Shown here: positions 22,019 to 32,343 of the stretch, piece after piece
How the letters are laid out: every line of letters starts with the position of its first letter
Position numbering within the stretch: position 1 is the first letter of the stretch
Assembly (NCBI GenBank): GCA_943704425.1
Contig: CALSCP010001339.1
Location: forward strand, 1 to 33,624
From: Ministeria vibrans ATCC 50519
Lineage: Eukaryota; Protista; Filasterea
Reading direction: 5' to 3'
Length of the DNA: 33,624 bases
Translations under genes and position numbers: made by a program
The notes under the pieces: model-generated
What the model saw: only the letters and a program-made list of their open reading frames with translations
Databases searched by the model: none
Told to the model about the DNA's origin: nothing

Positions 22019-23922
22019 TTAGCAAAGCTCGAGAGACCCGTACCCCGAGATGGTGGTCGTTCCGGCTGTGGCAGCCTGTATACTCGACTGTAGCGACTGA
22101 CAGAGCGCCAAGCGCGAATTGCCAGTCATAGTTGTTGTTGTGCCAATGGATGTCACAGTGAAGAGGAAGTTGGCGGAGACAAGACTCGTATCGTCAATCT
22201 TGAGGGTGGTGTCGATTGTTTGAAGGTTGTTGAATCCTTGGACACTGGTCAGAGCAGCAAGGGTGTCCAGTTGCAGAGAATGGACACGCGAGAGAGAGGC
22301 AAAACCGGAAATGGATGACAGAGATGAAATGAGAGTGAGTCGCAGTTCACTGTCAGTCACATGAGTGAGGTTGTTGAACGAGGAGAGTACTGAGAACTGT
22401 GTAAAAGAACTGGCCGAACCACCTGATATGATGAAGGATGACGTCTGAGTGAGAGCGGGGAATGACATGGCAGTGAGACCATACATTCCGTTNNNNNNNN
22501 NNNNNNNNNNNNNNNNNNNNNNNNNNNNNNNNNNNNNNNNNNNNNNNNNNNNNNNNNNNNNNNNNNNNNNNNNNNNNNNNNNNNNNNNNNNNNNNNNNNN
22601 NNNNNNNNNNNNNNNNNNNNNNNNNNNNNNNNCGCCAAGCCAAGAGAAGTCATTGCAGCCATGCTCTTCACATCAAAAGCACCTCCAACGGAACTCACGC
22701 CAAGTCCGTCCAGGCTCTGCAAACTTCGACAATCGTCCAGAACAAAGTCTCCGCCAATCACAATCACCGTCTCTAGTCCCGCAAAGTCAGTCAGACCGTC
22801 CATATTGGTCATTTCAAAGTTGTTGGTAATGTGGGTCAGGTTCATAGAGCCAAACGAAGTCACGCCCAAAGCAGAGAAGCCCCGCAAAGTGCCGTTGATT
22901 TGAGTCACATTGCCCATAAAGTCGCTGAGCACAATGGAGTCGACAATGCCCGAAAGGATGACATCGCCAGCAACAAAGTCACAATCTTTGAGACGCTCAA
23001 GGGACGAAGCTGAGGTGAAGACGCCGCCGGGGCAAACGGTGGTGAGACACGGCTCCGGGTTGCAGGTGGTGGTGTCGACGAGAGATGGGCAGGCGGCGCC
23101 ACCGTTTTGCGGATGCGTCAAAATGCCACGGAAGCGGAATTGCTCACCTCCGCCACAGCTGGCCGAGCATGAGCTCCAGTTTCCTGGAAGACCAAGAACG
23201 CAGTCCACTGGACATCCGTGTGTGTTGCAAGAGCGCGTGTCCACCAGATAAACGGAGGCGTTGCACGATAGGCCGGCAACGTCGACGGTGACATTGCGGG
23301 AGCGGCTCTGCGTACCACCGTCGCAAAGAACCGAGCAAAGTGAGTAATCCGAGTATTCAGAGTACTCGCAGGTGCCGGGAGACGTTGGTTCCGGTGTTGA
23401 AGTTGCATTGGTCGTGTTTAGACCAGCATGGTCAAGTAGCAGAGCGGTTGTGAAGGAGAGACTCGTCAGGCTGCGGCGCAGCTCGGTGTTCTCTGCGCGC
23501 AAATCCGTGACGTCCACCTCAAGAGACGCGACAGCAGAATAAATAAATAAATAAAAATGACATCCTCATATTCACCTCAAGCGCATGCAGCATTGCGCGG
23601 AAGTCGTCGTTGGCTGTGCGTAGCGCCATCAGATTTGCCACCAGATCGCCGATACCGTCAACAATGACAGAGCGGTTTGCAGCAGCGCTGAGCTGCAGAT
23701 TCCCGTCAACATTTGTGATGAAGGCTTTGTCAACGTCGGTGGTCGCGGTCGCCGTAAAAGGGAGAATCACGACCATGGCAATGAAAAGGATACAGTTCAC
23801 TACGCATGAAGTTGCGGAGATATAAGAAGACAATCCTCCGGTGATGTACCCCCCTCTGGGATTCGAGCTGAATACACATAGGTGATGAATAATGAACCTT
23901 TCAATTCTTACCAGAAGCACAT
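22019..23922 (-). CDS. Secreted or surface protein: hydrophobic leader, coiled coil, two spondin-type TSP1 repeats, receptor L-domain-like solenoid (interrupted by an N gap; start codon tentative)
   Basis: Leader VVNCILFIAMVVILPFTATA. Intron about 23575-23518. TSP1 repeats CEYSEYSDYSLCSVLCDGGTQSRSR and DCVLGLPGNWSSCSASCGGGEQFRFRGILTHPQNGGAACP. L-domain cap CPGG..LERLKDCDFVAGDVIL followed by LxxLxGLxxLxxIxG-type repeats through to the stop at 22019. Confidence 0.75.
22493..22632. other. Assembly gap
   Basis: N run (with one base call near its edge); the reading frame differs on the two sides, so the length is probably an estimate. Confidence 0.97.
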
Positions 23923-25267
23923 GCGAATCGGGGCATGTTGATGAAATGCGAACTTTCCTCTAAAGTGAAAGGAAAGTGAAAGTTACAAATGTGTTTTTTT
24001 TCACTCTTTCCAATCCACACACACACACTGAGTCACTGAGCGCACAGACGGTCCGCCGACAAACGACTGCAAACATTTAGAACCCCAATCGCCCTCGCAC
24101 GTCCACACCGGGACTGCACGCCAGGCCTCTCGACCAGGCTGCAGTAGGGGAAAGGAAAGAAAAAACGAACAAAAAGCGAACAAAAGAGAATTCCAATGCT
24201 CATAATTAAGCTTTTCGTTGGTTCCAAACCCCAAAGGCTTCACTCCACAGCCCCACACTGATACACGTAACAAAATGTTGAAAGGGCGGGGGACAGAGAC
24301 ACCGCTTCAGAGGGTTTCAGCTCGCAGGAAAAAAACGAAGAAGAAAAAAACGAATTCATTTGCACACTTTTTCGCATTCTCCTGTCTCTCTCACGCTCAC
24401 AAACCCGCCTAGGTGCCTGCCTACCTTCAGTGAGACAGTGAAGGACACTGTCAAGGAAGAGAGGGGTGAAAATGAGTAGTCACGAATCCGCACTCGCGGT
24501 CTCTCTCATTCGTAAAAATACTCAGCCATTACTAGGAAACCCACAAAGCTTTATTCTTCAATTTTCACGACTTTTTTCTTTCTCACAATGTCTAAAGCAC
24601 CCTGCGCGGCCCCTATCTGGTCTATCACACACTGTTTGCTCACTAAGCACAGCGCGGCAGAAGGCGTAAGCGAAGCGTAAGCAGCATGGGGATGGGGGAG
24701 ATCCGCGCCCTCCGCACCCCCTGTTTTTGGTAACATGGGAGAACAGTGGCAGGTCAGAGTGCTGTATCGTCGCTATTCAGGGAGGCAATTGCAATGGTAC
24801 GCCATACCCCAAGTAGGGGCTTAGGGCTCTGACACCATGAAGGTGTCTGTCGGCAAGGAGTGTAAAGTCAAAGTTCAGTCAAAGTCGTGGTTGAAGCAAT
24901 CGGATCGGTGGTCGGCGGCGGCTGCGGGGCGCTCCCGTGGTACGCATGCGAGGCGGGTCGGCTGCAGGGCGGCTGGTGTGCTTGCTGTGTGTTAGATTAT
25001 GAGGATAAGGATATGGTGGGTAAACGTAGGAAAAAGGGGGTGTTCGGGGTGAATCACCGGGTGGCGTTGACGGCGGCGATGAAACATTTGTACATCTCCC
25101 CCAGGGAATGAATTAATCGAATGCACAAAAAAGACCCAATAATGATAAAAGAATTGTTATTACAAACGAAGATATTTTACTCCCCGAATCAAAGACACCA
25201 AGATGAATCATAAAAAAATAAAAAAATATTATTATATTATTTACATTCAATCAATCAGCCCTTGTCG

Positions 25268-28200
25268 CTATGGCGCTCCAGATCCGTTTCTAAAGAAGAA
25301 GATGTCACCCTCGTTGGTCATTTCGTTGGTCCAATCATTCCAAATGCGCGCCACCAACATGGCTTGGAATGTGTTTTCCCTGTCCAGTTCCGTCAGACAA
25401 CGCCGCAGCTGAACCGCCGTAATGCACTGCTGTCCGTCAGGAAACGCACGCAGTTCAGAACCCAGCGCGAGCAGGAGAAGCTCGGTCATGCGCGTCATGC
25501 GGCCGTCACCCACATAAGCCCTGGCGTCCCTGAGCGAGCTCGTCATAATCTGGCGCGCATAGAGACCCTCTCGTCGCTGGGGAACGGGCGCGCTCTGCTC
25601 GGGTTGCAATTGTGTCAAATCTCTTCCCGCGTCAATCAATGCACCGCTGTTGCAGAAGTCGCTAAACACCATCACATTGCCACCCGGCCAGAACACGGTG
25701 TCACGCAGAATTGTCGAGAGATCATTGAGGGCAAATCGCGTCAAGCGACCTTCAACCGCCGTCGTCTCTGCGTCACTGAGCAACAGACCGCCGAGACGGT
25801 CGCTCGCGCCGTGTCCAATTAAATGGACAATCAGCAGCGAGTCCTGTCCAATGATTCGTCTCCGCGAAAGATCAAGCAGGCCCGAAACGATGTCCTGGCG
25901 CACCACTTGAGGTGTCTTCTTCGTTTCTGTCACAGACCTCACTTGACAGCCTCGCTCTCTCCACAACTGCCTGAGATGGCGCACACTTCCTCTCGCACCC
26001 GGCAGATCATTGTAGGGTTTGAGGGCGGGGTTGCCAGTGGAGCGATAGCGACTCACACAAACAATCAGCACAGAGACGTTTGCGTAGACGTCAGGGACTG
26101 GGTAGAAGGAAAAACGGGATTATTGGTTCTATTCAAATAATATTATTTAGAATTCATACCTTCAGGCTTCACCCACCATCGAGACAAAGAGATATTGCAC
26201 TGCAGTTGCGTGTTTTCAGGTACACGGCTAAGTTTTTCCTGAACTGTGTTTCTCTCACGGAATGGCTCGCAATTGAGCGCAACATGTTCGGGCGGGAACA
26301 AGGGACGGGCTGCACTGCCTTCCGGCTGGTGCGGGTGAGCGGGCACCGCCACGAACTTGCCTCGCCAGCCCCATCGTTGAGTGTTTGTTGACTCGCACAA
26401 TGTCTTCAGCGTGGCTAAAGTCATCTCACACTTGCGCGATTCGTCGCTCAGCAGCTCCACTCGAATGAACGACTCGCCATGTTTGAGTCGCAGTCGCATT
26501 GGCGCACAACCATTCATTGTGAGCATGTTTGTGCAACGCTGTGTTGCATCAATCGGACTGCCAGGCAGACACTTGCGCCACAGCGCGACCATGACCAAGT
26601 GAAACGTAGCAAGTGGCACTGGAAGCTCCTCCCAGCCATCCACAATTTTGCTCATCTGGTAGACGAACAGAACGGCGAGTTCGGCAGGCGCAGCCGGTCC
26701 AACGGCCGGCGTCTCAGGCAGCAGCATAGGCGCCAAGAGTCGCTGGTCGTGCACATACACCAAGCTGAGGCGCTCAAGCGATTGCATGAGCACAGGCACG
26801 TCGTCCACACGTGCACCGGCAAGCAGGGGATCGTTACTGCTGTTGGTGCTGGCCGCTGTCCAGACAAGCCACTCGGCCACCTCGCGCGGGATGCCTTTGT
26901 CGGCGCGGGTTCGGGAGTTGTCCAGAGCTTTGAGTAGTCGCTCGGTGCGCGGCAGATCGATCGCATTGCCAGCCTCAATGACCTTGGCCAACATGTTCCT
27001 TGCGCGCTCGCTTTCCACTTGTTCCCATCGTGCCATCACGACCGAGCACAACAGCTCGACGACCGCGATGAGGCGCGGAACGTCAAGCACGATTGTGTCT
27101 GTCCGTTTCACTTTGCGCGACAGCGAGTTCTCACGGCACACCAGGATGTCAGCTGCGTCCTCGAGATACCACAAGAGCTTTGTAGACACTTCGGCACTGT
27201 CCGGCATCAGATCAGACACCCGGATCTCTGGCTCACTGCTGAGCTTGAGCGAGTGGAATCCCGCCACGGTGGAGACCAAAGGTATCTCACCCAGTCGTGC
27301 AGCTCGACCAAGCAGGTCTTGCACACAAACGTATTCCAGTGGCACCGCACGTAATTGTCTGACACCAGCGTCATGGAGAGCCTGCGAGAGGGCACGAAGG
27401 CCGATCCGCTTGACGCTGCCCACCTGGAAGAAGGGCACCAATGTGGGGGCCGGCCCGGCCGGGAGCATCATGTGATCGCCCAGCTGGACTCCAACAAGAC
27501 GGCGCACATTGTTGGAAACTTCCTCAAGCAGAGCAGGCGGCACAGTGTCGTCGGGGAACCTGTCAAGGTGAGTTCCGACAACAATCACGTGAAAGGAATC
27601 GTCCTCGTTGGAAGAAAGATTTTGATGCGCGATGGCGTGGGCCCACTTGGCCAGGTAGGCGTACTGACGCTGAGCTTGGTCGGGATCGTGCATGACGGAC
27701 AGATCAAAGACANNNNATCGTCCTCGTTGGAAGAAAGATTTTGATGCGCGATGGCGTGGGCCCACTTGGCCAGGTAGGCGTACTGACGCTGAGCTTGGTC
27801 GGGATCGTGCATGACGGACAGATCAAAGACAAGCAAGTAGGCGGACTTGGAGCCCACAAAGAGGGAAGAAAGTGAGTCGAACGGCTCGTGACCTAATTGA
27901 AATGTATAAAAGAACGCGTGTAAGGTGAGTGGATATTGGGTTTGCGGGGTATAAGCACTTACCGGCACAGTCGATTGTTTCAATGTCAGTGCACCCGTGA
28001 CGCAAATCAGACTTGAGAGCCCTGCGCACAGCGTCCATGACGTTTGAGATGGGCGGAGAGTCGGACGTCATCGAATTGATGGTTGTAGTTGTGGCTGAGC
28101 GTGAGCGTGAAGGTGTCGATGGCTCTTGTGGTTCAGGCTGCTTATGAGAGAAAGAGCGCAAAAAAAATCGAAACCGACTGCAAATTGTCAAAGGGGGGGG

Positions 28201-30472
28201 CCTTGGGGCGCTGGCTGGGCCTGGGGCCAATGATGGCGGATAGCGCGCGCGGAATGGAGTGGTTGTTTCTGACAGGTGCTGATCTGCGGTTGGATTCTCT
28301 GCCCGCGCTCCAATGAGACTGGCGACACGGTACTCGTTCTGCGGCACGGTCTCAAACCTGCTTGCTTCAACCTCAGTTGCAATCATCCGCACTCGTTGCG
28401 GGCGACTTAACCCCAAGCTATCGCTGTCGCATGGCAGTGTCTCTTCACGCACAGCAAAAAGCAGAGCCGACTTGCCCGCCCCGGGCGCGCCTAGACAGGG
28501 CGTTTTGATCATACGCGACACCAAACCACAAGCAATGTATTTGACTGCCCGCTGAAAGGCAGAATTGTACGTGCTGCAAGAAAATGAAGAAAAAACAAAA
28601 AATAATAATAACAATTAATACTATTTCGGCCAGCAGCTGCTATTGGTACTCACTTGAACAGTGGCCAGAAATAGGTTCTTCCTACGCATTCTGCAATAAT
28701 TGTTTCCCCGTTTTGCGAGAAACTGACTGAGGTAACGCTAAAGAGGAGTGGACGAGAGAGACAAAAAGGTATGAGTGTTGCAATGAGAAAATAATTAATT
28801 CCACCTGCTCGATTGTGTAAATTGTTCGCGGATAAATCCTTTGGCTCTCGACCAAACTTTGATTGTCCAGTCTTTAGAGGCGCTGTAAATGATTTTCCCG
28901 TCCTGAGAGAGTGCCACCGAGCGCACACCACTAAAAGTGAGTTTATTTTAAAAAGAGTTGAGCAAAAAAGTATTTTAAAATTCATTCTTTGGAACCAGTA
29001 CTACCTATTGTGTTCGCTAAAGGTCTGCTCGCACGTTCCTGTTTCAACTTTCCACACTTTGACTGTCGTGTCTTCCGATCCGCTGACAACATGGAGGCCG
29101 TCGGGGGTAAACAGAGCTGCATGAACAGTTCTAAGAGCAATTGTTTTGTCAAAGAGGGCTTGGGTTTGTGTCATTGTTTGAGGGAGACTTACTCTGTGTG
29201 CCCGCTCAGGGTCGCCTCAATAGATCGTTTCTCAAGGGACCAGATTTTAATTGTTTTTGTTTTAAACACAGTCAGAATGCGCAGACCGTCAGGTGAGTAG
29301 GCGACACATCGAACAGCCCTAGGGAGGAGGGGGGTTATAAGGTATAAGTTTCCATTATTATGATGATAGGTATTTCGTTGAAATCATGTGGCTATTTTGT
29401 ACCCGCCGTTAGGTCCGTTGCAAAATGTGTGCAAGCACTTTCCTGTTTTGCTGTCCCACAATTTCGCTGTGCTGTCGTGTGAGCCAGATAAAATTGTAAA
29501 TCCGTCAGGGGAAAATTTTGCCGCAAGGACTCCTCTACCAAGGTCAAATTGGGGATAAATACAATACTAATCATTGGTGGTTTCTCTTGGAAACATTGAA
29601 ATAGTCAATGATACCCAGTGTGTCCCTGAAGAACGTGCAGAGGCGCACCCGTTTGACTGTCCCACACACGAACAGTTTTGTCAAAGCCTCCGCTGACGAG
29701 CTTGTCCTCATTCGGGGAGAAATCAACACAAAAGACAGTTCTAAAATAGATAGCAAATCGTAAGTGAGAAAAGAGGAAGAAAGAAACAAATCAAAGTCAT
29801 AGAGAGAAGGAGAAAAAAAACGAATTGGAGTGATAGAGAGAGAGAGGGAGGAGGGAGAAAAAAACAAATCAAAGTAAGAGAAAGAGGGAGAAAAAAAAAA
29901 CAAAATAGAGAGAGGAGGAAGAAAGAAACAAATAGATGGAGAAGGGAGAAAGAAACAAAGAAGGGGTATATAAAGATAGAGTATGTGTGTGTGGGTGGGG
30001 GGTCAACTGATGGTTTTTTTTCCTGTACTGTTCGTGTCCGAAAAGGGTAAGTTTGCACGTTTCACTGCGGCAATCCCACACTTTGACTGTCATGTCTCCA
30101 GAGCCAGTGGCGACCGTATGGCCATCGGGGGATACGCACACGCACATAATTGCACTACACCACAGCATGAGAGTGACTCTTGCCAAAAACCCGCCTCTTT
30201 CTTTCTTACTTGGTGTGTCCTTTCAGGGTCTTCAAAGACGTCTGACAAGATGGCGACCAAATCTTGACAGTTTGGTCGTTCGACACGCTTGCAAACCACT
30301 CGTCGTTTGGACTCACGGCGACGTCTGTCATCTGCGCCGAGTGCTCTTTAAGCGTCTCCAAGGAACAAATGATGGATTGGTCTCCGTCTGAGTCCTCCTC
30401 GAACAGAAACACTTGCCATCCGTGAGTGTATACTTTGAAGGCAGGATCAATCGGATTAGTTGCAGAACGCAT
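25268..30472 (-). CDS. WD40-ROC-COR-caspase-like (peptidase C14) ROCO protein, copy 1, about 1,387 aa, 11 exons
   Basis: Exons 30472-30210, 30154-30029, 29740-29615, 29534-29403, 29318-29193, 29130-29005, 28930-28805, 28737-28654, 28573-27963, 27892-26160 (minus a 119-nt gap artefact) and 26097-25268 total 4164 nt in one frame. WD40 repeats (GH..V..V.FSPDG..L.SGS.D.TVKVWD). P-loop GAPGAGKS (28468-28491). G3 DCAG|HEPF..F....AYLLVFDLS; G4 VIVVGTHLD. COR-like LWYLEDAADIL..TIVLDVPRL and LAPMLLPE. Protease motifs LIVHLIGHG and VFSDFCNSG. Confidence 0.85.
27598..27831. other. Assembly artefact: 115-bp direct duplication flanking a 4-N gap
   Basis: 27598-27712 is repeated at 27717-27831; collapsing one copy and the Ns restores the ROC reading frame. 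Confidence 0.9.
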
Positions 30473-32064
30473 TCTTCTACAAAAAATTTAATTGTGTAAA
30501 AACAGCGGTCGGTACTTTCAAAAGTACAATGGAAATATCATGGAATAAAATAAGAAAAATAAATAGAGAATCGAGAGCTGTCAATGAGCTCGAAAGCGAG
30601 AGCTCGGGAATGCGGAATGTTTAGGTTTGCGGTATGATTCTGTGATAACAGTAGTTAAAAGGGCAATCTACTAACTATCTCACCCTCTCGTCGACGTAAA
30701 TGTAAAAGTTACATCCTTAACACACCGTATCCCTGCACAGACAGCGCAAGTGCGCTTCATTTCTTGTTTTTTTTTCTTCTCAAAAGCAGCTTTTTTTTTT
30801 CTATTCTTTTTCTCCGCGTGACTGCGCTCTCTTGCTGAAACCGTTGACTCAATGGCCTCAACGCTTCGCACCGTACACCCACACAGTTGTACCGACCCGA
30901 TGACGCATGGTACGGGTATTTTTTTTTCCAATTAATTGATTGGCGAAAGTTCAGCGAAAACTCAAGCGAGATCGTTATCTCTCTGCGGTCGACACTGTCG
31001 ATTTTTTTTTTCGTGAATTTTTTTTTTTTCGTGATGCATGACTGACGTCCGTGCCGCCTTAAACGACGGCTGTAAGGTTTCAAAGCGATTATATGATACA
31101 CACAGGATCGTTGGCCAGTCGACATGCGTCAGAAAGAGACGGAGTATTCCGTGGGTGAACGGTAAAAGAAGATTTCCCCTGGGGAAATATTTAGAGAGCC
31201 GATTGAGAGCTCGTGGAGAGACTCCCTTCGGTGTATCGTACCGCAGAGTTGAGAAGCAAGAGTACTCAAAGGCAGTAGGAAGTGCGGAGTACGATACACT
31301 CCTTACGACAGTGTAGGGAGTAGAAAAAATACTGAGTGTCGACTGTCGTCTGTCAACTTGATCAGCAGTTAGTTCAAGTTATGAGCCGATCACCACCGCA
31401 GAACCACTGTATCCTTGTTTCTATTTAACTACTGCCAACCGGGCATCACCACCATTGCAAAACAGCGACACTTGAGAGCGTCAAATTGAGCTGCTTTGAC
31501 AACAACACACTGTTGGCTAGAGTCCCTTTGGAGGACCACTGCTGCTTCTCCAACGCGCATCTGCCGACTTCAGCAACTTCCTTGTCTCTTCTGTATGCTG
31601 TGTGTACTGTGTAGGGAAGCAGGGGTAGCGTCGAGCTGTATGTGTGTGTGTGTGAAAGAATGCTGAAGTTCTGTTATTGTTCTGTTGTTTTTCGTTTCAC
31701 ACACAGACAGACACACACACACAAACAGAACACTGCTTCGACGGCGAATCACGCAGACACACGGTGAACAGCCAAAAGTCGGGTCGGGTGTCACCGTGTC
31801 GGTACATCCTCCTTAAGACGCGGAGGAGCGTCAGAGGGAAGTGTCCTGGCAAATGGCTCGCCAATGCGAGGGCTGTGGTTGTTGTTGCTGTTGATTTATA
31901 CGTCGGAAGTTGATACGAGCCTCATTTGCTGTGGCTTTATACGCGTTGCTGTTGGCCTCAATGGCCTGTTGCTGCTGTGCCTGCGGGAAGGCTGTGCATT
32001 GGAACGTGTCGCTCGACGTCGCATTGTCGTGGATTGTTGAAGGCTCATCTCATAATGAAAAAAG

Positions 32065-32095
<31 letters not shown>

Positions 32096-32343
32096 TAATT
32101 ATGCTTCTCATGGACAGTGAGTCTATGGGTTTCTTTTGCGGCATTCTCGTCTTGAAGTCTACGGCCGAAGTATTGTGCTGCTCTTTGTTTTGTTTATAGT
32201 CTTGTTTTGGCATTGAGTGCAGCTCTCGATTCTCTATTAATTTTATTATTATTATTATTTATTTTGATTATTATTATAGTCTTGCCTTATTATTTACATC
32301 TCTCTATTCTCTATTCATTTATTATATTATTACAAAAACATTA

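Noticed and set aside
24000-25200. Small hairpins (GACAGTG/CACTGTC, GTCAGAG/CTCTGAC, GACACC/GGTGTC) and short ORFs
   Set aside because: Stems are short enough to occur by chance; no tRNA, snRNA or coding signature recognised.
27598-27831. Apparent internal duplication and frameshift in the ROC domain
   Set aside because: An exact 115-bp repeat on either side of a 4-N gap is typical of unmerged contig ends, and collapsing it restores the frame; not treated as a pseudogene.
31830-32213. Gln-rich or Ile-run ORFs between the ROCO copies
   Set aside because: The Ile/Asn runs come from (AAT)n repeats; no consistent splice model or recognisable domain.
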